In this document: in pieces, positions 26,961 through 39,600 of the stretch
How positions within the stretch are numbered: position 1 is the stretch's first letter
Layout: each line of letters opens with the position of its first letter
NCBI RefSeq assembly: GCF_001194135.2
Contig: NC_068981.1
Span: 79,494,202 to 79,558,201 of the forward strand
Direction: 5' to 3'
Source of the DNA: Octopus bimaculoides
Lineage: Eukaryota
Length of the DNA stretch: 64,000 bases
Notes under the pieces: generated by a model
Told to the model about the DNA's origin: nothing
The model's input: only the letters and a program-made list of their open reading frames with translations
Database searches by the model: none
Program-made: the position numbers and the translations under genes

Positions 26961-27907
26961 TATTAAGTGCAGAAGTGGCTGTGTGGTAAGTAGCTTGATT
27001 NNNNNNNNNNNNNNNNNNNNNNNNNNNNNNNNNNNNNNNNNNNNNNNNNNNNNNNNNNNNNNNNNNNNNNNNNNNNNNNNNNNNNNNNNNNNNNNNNNNN
27101 NNNNNNNNNNNNNNNNNNNNNNNNNNNNNNNNNNNNNNNNNNNNNNNNNNNNNNNNNNNNNNNNNNNNNNNNNNNNNNNNNNNNNNNNNNNNNNNNNNNN
27201 NNNNNNNNNNNNNNNNNNNNNNNNNNNNNNNNNNNNNNNNNNNNNNNNNNNNNNNNNNNNNNNNNNNNNNNNNNNNNNNNNNNNNNNNNNNNNNNNNNNN
27301 NNNNNNNNNNNNNNNNNNNNNNNNNNNNNNNNNNNNNNNNNNNNNNNNNNNNNNNNNNNNNNNNNNNNNNNNNNNNNNNNNNNNNNNNNNNNNNNNNNNN
27401 NNNNNNNNNNNNNNNNNNNNNNNNNNNNNNNNNNNNNNNNNNNNNNNNNNNNNNNNNNNNNNNNNNNNNNNNNNNNNNNNNNNNNNNNNNNNNNNNNNNN
27501 NNNNNNNNNNNNNNNNNNNNNNNNNNNNNNNNNNNNNNNNNNNNNNNNNNNNNNNNNNNNNNNNNNNNNNNNNNNNNNNNNNNNNNNNNNNNNNNNNNNN
27601 NNNNNNNNNNNNNNNNNNNNNNNNNNNNNNNNNNNNNNNNNNNNNNNNNNNNNNNNNNNNNNNNNNNNNNNNNNNNNNNNNNNNNNNNNNNNNNNNNNNN
27701 NNNNNNNNNNNNNNNNNNNNNNNNNNNNNNNNNNNNNNNNNNNNNNNNNNNNNNNNNNNNNNNNNNNNNNNNNNNNNNNNNNNNNNNNNNNNNNNNNNNN
27801 GATTTTCCTTCTCCTCTTTAACCCTTATATTAAATTGTTATTTGATTATCAGGGATTCCTTCCTTCAATGCTTTTTGAAGGGTTATGGGAAATGACCCCC
27901 AACCCAT

Positions 27908-28990
27908 TTACTAAAAGAAAACAAATAAATTGTTAGGTTTGTTTGTGGCGTTGTTATCTAACTCCTCCTACATCGTTTTATTGATTGTGATGAAACTTGG
28001 CACGTGAGTAGAACTCATATCTGGAAACCACGTGACATACTTAGATTGTTGGAAAAGTCGATAATACGGCCCCTGGAAGGGACCTTTATATCTACCTCAT
28101 ATAACTATTTTTTTGAAAATACCCAAGGGAAATAACCTATACCACCTGCACAATATTTTTTAAACACTCAAGGGAAATAACCCATTTCATTGTTTATGTT
28201 CGATTACTTTGAATATTGATTTTTTGTGTCCAATTTCTAATTTTTGCAGACAATATCACTTTTTTACTTTATTTCACACGTGAACAGAACTCATGTCTGG
28301 AAACCTCGTGACATACTTAGATTGTTGAAAAAAATCGATACTAGGGCCCATCCAATGGATCCTCCTATCTACTACATATCACTAATATTTTCTTTAAAAA
28401 ACCCAAGGGAAATAACCCATACTACCTGCAGTTTTTAGCGAAGCGATCAATATTTGATTCTCACGATCAGCCAACCTAATTCTGCATCTCACTACTCACA
28501 GTCTTGAACTACTAAACATTATTATTGCATTTCCTTAATTTGAATATCTTCATTCATGCATTTCTAAACATACATACTTTTTTGAATGCCCATTACTCCG
28601 ATAATTCTGCATTTTAACTGTTACACTTTCTCCATGACAGTAGATAAATTTTTTCCCCACAACGTATTTGTAGTGGTTTCATGCAGGCATAGCGTGGATT
28701 CGATCCTCGATTGCCAAATTTCACTTAACACTTCAACGGAGTTTTTCTCACTAGTTTTTCTCAATAGTTTTTTTTCTGTGAACGACAACCTCTCTCAACA
28801 AACTCAGAAAACCTCTCTCGCCAACCTCCAACAAACTTTCCCGCCGCTAGCTGACAGTTTTTGTACTTTTTCGTGACGGAAAATATACTTTTTGTGACAG
28901 TTATAACGAAATTGCTTTCTTATATCAGAGTAATAAGGCGTTTCAATAGAACATCTTTACCCCCGGGAATTACTGGGTACACCAGCTAGT
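27908..28990 (+). mobile_element. Helitron/Helentron-associated non-autonomous element (DINE/HINE-like)
   Basis: gtttgtttgt near the 5' end, an internal ~270-bp tandem duplication (agaactcat.tctggaaac..cgtgacatacttagattg twice), and a 3' end cccgggaattactgggtacaccagCTAGT. Confidence 0.6.
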
Positions 28991-29304
28991 ATATATANNN
29001 NNNNNNNNNNNNNNNNNNNNNNNNNNNNNNNNNNNNNNNNNNNNNNNNNNNNNNNNNNNNNNNNNNNNNNNNNNNNNNNNNNNNNNNNNNNNNNNNNNNN
29101 NNNNNNNNNNNNNNNNNNNNNNNNNNNNNNNNNNNNNNGAGAGAGAGAGAGAGAGAGAGTGTGTGTGTGTGTGTGTGTTTGTGTGTGTGTGTGCGTGTAT
29201 TAATAATAATAATAATAATATAACAACAAAAAATTGAATGAGACCTCGATATTATGTAAAATAGAGGAATTTATCCATAAATATAATATGTGACAATTAG
29301 TTGG

Positions 29305-29379
29305 TTGTCATAATAAAACTCAGAGTTTCGGATACCGGGGCTGAAGTCTGCTCCGGCATCTCATCAGTTATTAAGACAA
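29305..29379 (-). ncRNA. Type I hammerhead ribozyme within a Penelope-like repeat
   Basis: Minus strand reads ttgtc-t-taataa CTGATGA gatgccgg...ccggtatc-c GAAA ctc-t-gagt T ttatta-t-gacaa. Both core motifs are present, stems I, II and III all pair, and the cleavage triplet is GUU. Confidence 0.75.
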
Positions 29380-29459
29380 AACGCGATGAAAATAACCGTT
29401 GAGTAAAGGGAAATTACTCCAATAGGCATGGTGAAAGTAATACTTTGTTCATAGAATCC

Positions 29460-29865
29460 GTATATGCACACATATACACACACATACATGTACGCACGCA
29501 CACACACACACCTGTAAGTATATATATCTATATACATATTCAAACGCGTGTACATATACATAAAATACACATATATACATCTATATGTCTACGCATACAC
29601 GCACATACATACGCATATAAACCCATGCACGCATCACTGCGCTCATATATACATCTCTACACGCACACACACATACATACGCGGATATACAAAACGTAGT
29701 TTATACGCACATGCATATCAATACGCGGAAAACGTATATACAGATAAAAACACATACGCAAAAATGCACGCATCATTATGCTCATATACACATCTCTATA
29801 CGCAAATGCACATACATACGCGGATAGATGTATATACAAATAAAAACACATACGCAAAAAACATA
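29460..29865 (+). repeat. Microsatellite-derived minisatellite with a ~130-bp duplicated unit
   Basis: atgcacgcatca..gctcatata.acatctcta.acgca...catacatacgcggata occurs twice. Confidence 0.75.
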
Positions 29866-29879
29866 AACCTTGTTGGGGA

Positions 29880-30400
29880 AAATGGGTTTATATTTTTCCT
29901 ACCAGAATTTGAAAAAGACATTAAACTGACCTTAGATTTGCGCTATCACATCAGATCCTTGTGCCATCGACACATAGCTTCATTTACCTGGAGCATACCA
30001 AAAATTAACTTTACACCACTATTTGCGAGAATTTTGACAGGTTTGTCATTCTAATTTTGAATAATATGTTCAAGCTGAGTTTTGCTTTAAAACTATTTCT
30101 CTTCTTTTCAAGTGTGAACTAAACCACTATGATTTACTTAAGGATACAACATCAAAAAGAAGGACGTGCTATAATGACCTCAGTATTTTCTGTTGCATCT
30201 GTGGAAACATTACTCCACAGGCTCAAAGGTGCAACATTAATAACTTTGTCAAGAAGATATATCTTGTTTACTTTAAAGTATCACTTGGCGACCAGAAGAA
30301 AACCTGGTCTCCCCACAAAGTTTGCTAAACCTGTGTTGAAACTTGGTGTGATGAAGCAATTCATCAAAGCTCTAACTATAAGTGCAATTCATAGATGCAT
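29880..30400 (+). mobile_element. DNA transposon 5' remnant, Chapaev3-like transposase N-terminus
   Basis: A frame not listed in the ORF track reads RTCYNDLSIFCCICGNITPQAQRCNINNFVKKIYLVYFKVSLGDQKKTWSPHKVC*TCVE, matching the FCYICG...LGDQDKxWAPHxVCxxC signature. Superfamily name is from memory. Confidence 0.7.
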
Positions 30401-31284
30401 CTATGGATTGCAGTTATAGCTGATGTAATTATTTACCGAATACAGAAACATATGTAACATGGGAATATCTATTTCATACCCATGCTTTTTTCTCAACTCA
30501 CATACACACGCGCGCGCGCAGTGTGTATGTGTGTATATATATATGTATATATATNNNNNNNNNNNNNNNNNNNNNNNNNNNNNNNNNNNNNNNNNNNNNN
30601 NNNNNNNNNNNNNNNNNNNNNNNNNNNNNNNNNNNNNNNNNNNNNNNNNNNNNNNNNNNNNNNNNNNNNNNNNNNNNNNNNNNNNNNNNNNNNNNNNNNN
30701 NNNNNNNNNNNNNNNNNNNNNNNNNNNNNNNNNNNNNNNNNNNNNNNNNNNNNNNNNNNNNNNNNNNNNNNNNNNNATATATATATATATATAGTGGAGG
30801 CGCAATGGCCCAGTGGTTAGGGCAGCGGACTCGCGGTTTCGATTCCCAGACCGGGCGTTGTGAGTGTTTATTGAGCGAAAACACCTAAAGCTCCACGAGG
30901 CTCCAACACGGGATGGTGGCGAACCCTGCTGTACTCTTTCACCATAACGGAGTGCCATACATGTATGTGTTTATGTATGTTTGCCAAATCAATTGCTGAA
31001 TTTGTTGTAGAAGTCCTCAGACGCCTAGAGTTTTGTGCCAAGACTCTTAAACTACTTGGCACATGCCTCGTCAAAGACACGCACACGTGCGCGTAAGTGG
31101 GCATGTGGGGTAACTAGATCCATGAACTTCACAAAGTACATCTTATTTTGTCTAATCAAGGCATTTATTAACTGAGAGTGCTGTACAAATAATCAGAAAT
31201 TGCTTTGGAGCTCAGGTGAATGTCAACTCCAAATAAACTAGAAAAGCACTCGGAGAGCGCAGACCTCCGCCAAACTAGAAGGAG

Positions 31285-31680
31285 CAGCACTACGACGACG
31301 ACGACGACTACCACCACTACCACCACCATATCACACTCACCACCACAACCACCATCATCAGCAGCATTGTCATTGCTTCCACTTCAACCACATACACCTC
31401 CATCAATATTATCATGGCGATTACCTTGACAGTCACTTTCACCACCACAACCAGTATAACCACTACAATACCACCATCACACAACTAACACTACTATTGC
31501 CACCACTATTACCACCATCACCTCAGCATCACACATCACACCGCTCCTGTCACCATTATAACCACCGATACTATTTTATCCTCCTCCCATACTTATCTCG
31601 ACCATCGTCATCATCAACACTGTCTCTGCTTTCACCACAATCACCGCCAAAACTACGATCACCACAATCAGTTTCTTTAC
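31285..31680 (+). repeat. Degenerate (CAC/CAT/TAC)n low-complexity tract
   Basis: Eroded trinucleotide repeat. Confidence 0.8.
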
Positions 31681-31989
31681 ACAGTTGAAAATCCATTATC
31701 CGATACTCATGGGACCGAGATTGTTGCAGATTTTTTTATTTTTCTAACTTCAGAGTGCTTTATTAAAAACAAAAAAATGCATCTACAAAACGGAACAGTT
31801 TGAGGATAGAAACCAGGACTAAAGACAATAGTTTATAGACATACTCTGAATGTAGTTCTATATAAATCTTTAATAATTTTTTTTTATACATAAGACCATC
31901 AGAAATGTTAAAATATCAGCCTCTACCCACGCTGTCATGCTTTGATTAAAAGGTTACAGCATAGATTAGATTACTTAGATAAGTTTCGG

Positions 31990-32452
31990 CCGAAGTTGAC
32001 TCAGGCCATGTCTAATTTAATAGCACCACTTGGAAGAGATTCACAGTCAGCTCTGGGGAATCGCAGCCCTTTCAAGCAGAGGGCTGTTGTTTTCAGAGAC
32101 ATATCTGGGTGTGGGTGGTTTATCTGGTATTTGTTGTAGGTAATCATCTAGGGATCGTTTGAATGCCGTGAAGTCACTTTCCTCCTTTATGTGTGTCTGG
32201 CACGATGTTGAAGAGAACAGGGCCAACTGAGGTGAAATAGTTCTGCCATAGTCTTGTGATACGACAGGAACATTTCTGTAGTGGACGGATGGCACGGGGG
32301 CCAAGCTTCGGACGAATTTTAAAGATGGGCAATGTTGATGGAATATTTTCCATATCATACAGCTGATATAGAGCTCGCAGCGGCGGTGGAAGGAGCAAAG
32401 CCTGAGCTTTTTGAGTCGATCCCAATAGTCAAGGCTTGTCATGTCATCCTCT
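31990..32452 (-). mobile_element. CR1-type LINE ORF2 3' fragment, frameshifted
   Basis: LDYWDRLKKLRL..., RPKLGPRAIRP, FTSVGPVLFNIVP and FKRSLDDYLQQIPDKPPTP are spread across two overlapping ORFs. Confidence 0.85.
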
Positions 32453-32453
32453 G

Positions 32454-32817
32454 CAGACCTCCGCCAAGCAGCTCATTTTAAGATAGATACGCGAGTAAAA
32501 TTACTAATAGAGAAACGAAAATAAACTTTTGAAACAGCAACGCCACCATAGGTTACGTGCAAACGATGAATATGTTTTCAAGGGAAATAATCAAAGAACG
32601 TAACATTGTAAAGTAAATATAACAAAGGAAAAATCCTTCAAGAATCCATAAAAATTCCCGGATCACTATCATCCGTTCCTTGTGTCATTACCAACTTTTT
32701 CTGCAAGTTTCATCAAATATCGTTCACAACTTTTTGAGTTATTTTTCACACAGACGGACAGACGGACAAACCAACGCCAATGAAAACATAACCTCCTTCC
32801 TTGACGGAGGTAATAAA
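32454..32817 (+). mobile_element. Non-autonomous repeat with (GACG/GACA)n and terminal acctcc...ggaggt hairpin
   Basis: Homologous copies at ~2760-2970, 3425-3790 and 31235-31270. Confidence 0.6.
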
Positions 32818-33116
32818 TAGAGAGAATGAAGCTGAAATATAGTCATATTTCAGAAATATATTACATCAAAAGTTGTGAACAATAGTATCTCTAGCTACAA
32901 GGGTTTCTAAGGAGCCACTCAGTGGTTCACAGCATTCCTGAATGCGAAAGTGACAAAAGAGCGTGTGTGACTTGATGCTAAAGAAATATTTTAAGGGACT
33001 TCGTTCGTAAAGCGCCGATGCTTCTGATCTTCTTGGCAATGTTTATATCCTAAAGACATAGACACACATGTGCATGTGCATGCAAACCCACGCACGCACA
33101 TACACAGACACACACA

Positions 33117-33170
<54 letters not shown>

Positions 33171-33562
33171 TCACTCACAGACATGTTCTTGTCTCTGGCC
33201 CACATACATGCTGTCTCCTGTCGGCCTTTATCTATCGCTACTATAGTGGCCTCTTTTCATCCACCACAATGGTTTCTTTTCTTCTGATTTTTCAGATAAT
33301 GAATAACCTGCTTCACATTTCAACGGCCTTCTTCTTTCTATTCATTCATTACGTTTTCTTTTATACTGCGTTCTGAGTATTTTATATCTTCCTTCTATCT
33401 CAAAACTTAACCCTTCTAGAAACTTTCTTCCTACAAATGTTTGCTGTTTCTAGCCTCTGTCTTTCTTAAGTTTAAACTCAACGTTTGATGCGAATTATCT
33501 GTGACATAACTATCCTGCAAGAGGGTATGAAAATGATACGAACACTGGCCTTGGATCATGAT

Positions 33563-33617
33563 GAAGAAGAAGAAGAAGAAGAAGAAGAAGAAGAAGAAGA
33601 AGAAGAAGAAGAAGAAG

Positions 33618-33647
<30 letters not shown>
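33563..33647 (+). repeat. (GAA)n microsatellite
   Basis: Uninterrupted GAA tract. Confidence 0.95.
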
Positions 33648-33648
<1 letters not shown>

Positions 33649-34149
33649 TGTTGCTACTTTTACATCACGCTATGCTCTCATTGAAGTGATCATGAAGGGA
33701 ATGGACGGGGGTTTATAAACAACAGCAGAAGTAAGGAAGGGCTGGTAGCTCGTAATGTAACCGCCACATTTGGGAGAGGGCGCCATTTTATGGTTTATAT
33801 TTTTAGATTCATTTAAGATAACGTATCTCAGAAATGAATGGCTGAATGGTAAGAAGTTTGTTTTCCAACCACATTGTTGCGGGTTCTGTTACACCGCGTG
33901 GCATCTTGGTTAAATGTTTTCTACTATAGTCCTAGGCCGACAGAAGCCTTGTGAGTGGAGCTGGTTGACAGAAAGTGTATTTTTTATACAATTCCTAATA
34001 TCTAATTGCAAAAATACCGTGGGATTTTAAAAATATACATCAAATGGCAATGGAGGTTCAGTAGGGTAAGATAGGAATCAAATCATATGCAGAAAATGGT
34101 TGCGAACCACTGCTCTACAGTGTGAGTTATCTCACTAGATACGAGTGTG

Positions 34150-35480
34150 GAGGAGTCTCTTCGCAATCTGAACCGCACGCTTGCATCAACTGCTTCAAAT
34201 CTCACTAATAGCGCCATTTACACAAGGCTATTGTTGACCGGAACAGTTTCATCCTCTAGCCTTCTTTAATTACATTTGGATACAGTCTTTACGAAACTCA
34301 AATGAGATATCTGTGTTCAATTTAGTCTTTGACTTTTTTACATTTTGCATAATGTAATTTTCCCAAAATTCTTTGGCGGACTGATGTTCATCATTGTAGC
34401 TCTAATCAAGTTCATCAATGATAATATAGCTTGAAAACGGAAATAGTTTCCTAATCCCATATGCTGTAGTGACGATCTTATGTTAGGTGGAATGAAAATG
34501 ACTTCAGCATATGCGTGTGGTCGGAGTGAATCGAGATTCGAAGGATGATCTAGAGCGTTGTGCAAATGCAAGAGTGTCTTGGGCTCCAAATTTTCATTCT
34601 CACAATGACGTTTGACGACAATGCAGAAATGTTCAATGAACGATTCAGTAAAGAAATCCTTTGTACCCGAGCTTTTCGGATAAATTTCCATATAACAGTC
34701 AGACTAGATTGCGAAATGTCTTTTATTGCTATAATGTATCCGAGTAATAAACAAGTAATAACTTTAGTCTCCGCTTTTGCTGCTTTATACTCTGATGTCT
34801 TTTCTCACTCCTTTGAGATAAAAGTTTTAGAAGATAAACATATAGGCGCAGGAGTGGCTGTGTGGTAAGTAGCTTGCTTACCAACCACATGGTCCCGAGT
34901 TCAGTCCCACTGCGTGGCACCTTGGGCAAGTGTCTTCTACTATAGCCTTGGGCCGACCAAAGCCTTGTGAGTAGATTTGGTAGACGAAAACTGAAAGAAG
35001 ACCGTCGTGTATATGTATATGTATGTAAATATGTGTGTGTGTTTGTGTGTCTGTGTTTATCCCCCCTCTAACATCGCTTGACAACCGATGCTGGTGTGTT
35101 TACGTCCCCGTAACTTAGCGGTTCGGCAAAAGCGACCAATAGAATAAGTACTAGGCTTACAAAGAATAACTCCTGGGATCGATTTGCTCGACTAAAGGCG
35201 GTGCTCCAGCATGGCCGTAGTCAAATGACTGAAACGAGTAAAAGAGTAAAAGAATAAAAGAGTATATCCAAATCGACTCGCATTCGGTTACATTAAAAAC
35301 AAGATTGCTAGTTAATTAATTCGTTCTATAGTCTTCAGTTATGCTGGAAATTCAGCTACAGTATGGACATCAGCATTTAGTGATTTAACTTTTCAACTCA
35401 ACCACGAAATGCAACAACCATTTTAATGGTTCTCTTAGCTTCTTGTTTCAACCGATTAAATAAATTCAGTGTGATACCAC
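34150..35480 (-). mobile_element. pogo/Tigger transposase remnant (DDE_1) interrupted by a SINE at 34845-35263
   Basis: Peptides ADVHTVAEFPA and VFNV(T)E on one side of the SINE. On the other side: TFISKE..YKAAK, FIEHFCIVVKRHCENENLEPKTLLHLHNA and EVIFIPPNIRSSLQHM. Confidence 0.85.
34845..35263 (+). mobile_element. SINE family A, full length
   Basis: Same family. Further partial copies at ~4855-5220, 6690-6870(-), 7390-7550(-), 9690-9840(-), 15935-16085(-), 26440-26600, 33830-33975 and 54400-54530. Confidence 0.85.
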
Positions 35481-36588
35481 CGTGCATATTGGTTTAGAAG
35501 CATTCCGTTCACATGAATTTTACATGGCAGCTTTTTATTTTATCAGAGCAATGGTGTCTTTGGTTACACAGGCTCCTAACAGGCCAGTCAGTGGTTCACT
35601 GCATTTCTGAATGCGAGTGACAAGGAGTGTGTGAATTGATAGTGAACAAAATGTAATTTATGGGATTTCGTTTGTAATAAACCGATGTTTCAGGCTTTCC
35701 TGCCAAAGATTTTATTGTAAAGACACACACACACACACGTGCGCTTGGTTCATGGCATTGCTTTTATGAGAGAACATGGGAGGTGGTCACCGTCACCCTT
35801 TAGCAAACTCACGACGAATGGACGACTGGGATTCCTTCAATCGCATTCAATTGTGAGGAGAGATAATCTATTTCTTGTTCACTTACTTCGTAGCAATAAT
35901 AACAATTCAGATGTAGATTTACATTGAGTACATTCCTTATTTATTTTTAACGGAATAAAGGAATAAAAATATCCTAAAGTTCCAATCACAAATATATTTT
36001 TATATGATTCTCAGCCAACAGAACTAGCGACACTGAGTTCGATGTAGTTTTAAAATAGTAAAATTGTTAAATGCGTCAGCACAATCGCCTAAAGCGTTCA
36101 GATTCCTAAGACTAATGAACTTTCCATATTCAATATGGAGACGAATAGGGTTTTTTCCAAATTTAAGAGTAGCTAATCATACAAGTCTCACTATTACATA
36201 GAGTTGCCCTCTGTTAGTTGAGTTTATTCTTATATTTGAGAGCTACAACGAACTAAGAAAGAGAAATGGCTTAAAACAAAAATCTTCATTGAAGATTAGA
36301 AAACTGAAAGCATACATTTTGATTAATATTCATGTTTAGATCGAAAAAATAAGAAATGTACAATTTTGAAGCGAAGCCTAAAATTATTCGTGGAAACATT
36401 TAAAAATAGATGCAAATATGTTTTGTTTTTTAAACTTCCATATAATTAGAGTGATTTCATTTCAGTTAATGTTTAAACAAATTTGTATTATAAAACTTCG
36501 TAAACCTATTAATAATTGTTTTAATGTATATTTTTAATGTTTTATACATGTATATATAATTGTTTTTCATGTCATAAAACTTCTTTAC

Positions 36589-36634
<46 letters not shown>

Positions 36635-39600
36635 ATGCATCACATGTATAATTGCTCCTCGTTTGTTATAAAACTTCTCAAAAGTATATGTCAGATTATT
36701 CTGAGAAACAAGTTTGGATATCATAATAGTGATTGACTAGAATTATAAAGTACGCTGGTTTTATGGTAAGAAATGTATTGATTTGCCCTAAATGTTATGG
36801 AGCCTAATCATACCTTAACTATACGTAATCACTCAACTTGCTGAAAGCAGTAGCCAAAATCTTTAACTCACATTTGGGAAAGAGCCATATGTATCCAGAA
36901 TACTGTTGTCCTGCGTAAATGTTTTCGATTATACGCCTGGCCTGAAGCTAAACTGCATGTGCCTTCAATAAACAGTTTACAGCTCAGCCCTTTCACTGAT
37001 TTCAAGTATTCATACTTAGTTCAAATTCCTGCAGCGTTAAGCAGATGAAAGATATATCTCTCATTCTTCAACAGGAAGCTTGTCTATCGCAAATAACTTT
37101 TCCTATAGCAACTACTCCTCTTATCTAGGTTACTTCAGACAGTATAATATCAACTGAAACTTAATATTACAATATGACATTAAATAAATACCAATGGATT
37201 CCGTCAGGAATTTTGTAAGGTGGAATAAGACTGCTTTCGAGCCCCGGGACAACCTCCTCTCAAAATCTAAGGGAACAGTGAGGTTTTGTGCGTGTGAGTA
37301 TGGCGGGGTCTCGTTTTTGCGCCAAGGAGCGCTTCATTAGATACGAGCACAGGCACCTCCTTGGCTTTCGGGCACCAGAACGATAATCTGGCTGAATCCG
37401 GCAGGCAGTCCAACACTTTAACAAGTATTGTCTAATATTTTAGACAAACTAACCAGATGTATTAATGAAACTGCGACATCTAACATAACCATATTTTGTT
37501 TCGGCTCATCATATGATCAATTTTTCCTATACAAGTACTGTATAACTGATGTTATATGTTACTAAATTAAACTTTGCTGGTATGAGTTTAGAGGATGTTT
37601 TTGATTTGACATTCCAAATCTAATTTTTAAAAAAATTATGTAGTTGTAATTTTTCATGCTAATTACAACTATTATAACTAATTTTTTTTGTGTGTGTGGA
37701 ATGAAACATAAAAAAATAAAGAAGTTATTAGCCCTTAATGACTGAAATTTGGGGGGAATTTCAGCCCATCAACCAATAATATGCGGCCATTTTCGACATG
37801 CCTGCATTTATACGCTAAATTAAAAAGATCCAAGTGTCTTAGTCATAGACACAACGCCTCACCGATGCAAAACATATGAAGTATAACTTCTGTACAACAT
37901 GTAATCGACTAGATCAGATGTAACTTACCATTTGCACATATTTTTTCATGCAACAAAACTTCACCGAATGTTATTAACACCATTTAATTCACCGTCGGTA
38001 AGTGATGGAAATTGACAAAACAGGCAGGACGTTGGAGGAAAATGTGACAAATAAAGACATATTACATAAAATAAGGTGGCAGAGTCGCTAGAGATTTTGC
38101 TCCCAGTCTCTACGCTGTCATTTTAAATCTCGTGGAGGTCAACTTTGCTTTTCACCCTTTCGGAGTCGATAAAAATACAAACCCAGGGCGGTGGATTGCC
38201 GGAACTGTTAGAGGATCGGGTGAGATGTTATACGATATCCACTTCGGCTCTGATAGCAACGCCTGCGACAACATTAATGTTAAGACTACATGGGATCAAG
38301 CCGGCGGCTTTTCTTCTGGATAAACATCGGAGGTGTAGAAAAGAGATACTCGCATGCATGGATAATTGCTAGTCTTCTACAAAAAATCTTGCCTTGGCCT
38401 AGACATACATGTGCAGATGTGTGATAAACATTGGACGACGGAGGGCTTGCATTAAACAATAGAAATAGAAATAAAAGAACGGGTGGAAGAAAGCGGGAGA
38501 AAGAGGTGTGAAAAGAAAGAACGAAAGTATCTTAAGAAAACAGATGACGAAAAGAAACATTAGTGAGTAAAAGTATGGAGAATAAAAAAAAAGCGGGGGG
38601 GGGGGAGAGGTAGTAAGCAATGAAACTAAGAAGAAAAGTGAGGTAAGATAGATGTGGAAAAAAAACCCCACAGAAGCCAAGACGACAAATGCAATTGAAC
38701 TTGATGGGAAAATGCATTATTCTGCAAAGGATGTAAAAGAAAAAATTAAGTGCAGTATGTTCTCACTTTTTTATTTTCTCTATATCAACTGACAGTTATG
38801 ACATAACTGTGACAGTAGAAGGTCAGAGTGACAAATGCATTTTAGTCGTTTCGACTGCAGAAATTAACATTTGCATTAGCTAATAAATATTTATGTTTCA
38901 CGCTGGATGTAAAATTGACACCTCTCTTACTAAGAGCCATTTAGCTGTCACGACAATATTGTCCTCTTCAGTAAACTTCTTGGCAGGGTACACCTTTTGC
39001 CTGGTTTACCATCATAAATACACATCTTTGAACGAGTGGCAATGGAAACAAAGTAGTATTTCTTATAAATCCATGACGATTTTTATCAACGTTTTCAGAG
39101 TGAAGATAGTTGAAGCGACGGCCGAAGTGTCTTTTATTTCATGACACTTAGAGCAAACTGCATTGACAAATAGTTCGTGTTAATGCTTTGTGTGTTTGTG
39201 CAATTATGGATAGAGAGAAATAAATTAAGACAAACTCATTACAAAATAATTTCCCGTTGATACCTATAGGACGTCCAAAAAAAAAAAAAAACGAGAAGTG
39301 TTCCTAAATTTTGGGTATTCATTTTTATAAACATCATTTGGTGTGGAAGGCATCATATTTTATAAACTCGGTATTTTTGGGACTATGATCATGAGATTGC
39401 ACGTAGAAAGTTACTCTCCGAGGCACAAGTCCGGACAAAGTTGTTTATGGAAGACCAGCAGTCGCCCATACAGACCAGCTTCACTCCACGCTACCAAGAG
39501 AAAAGCAAACACCAAGGGAAAGGCAAACTCCAATACAGCTTTTACCAGTGACGTCGCAACTCATTTCTACAGCTGAGTGAACTGGAGTAACTTGAAATAA

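Noticed and set aside
33485-33718. Poly-Glu ORF, and similar poly-Asp/Met/Ile/HT/VC ORFs at 42.7, 44.1, 33.1 and 55.7 kb
   Set aside because: Translations of microsatellites.
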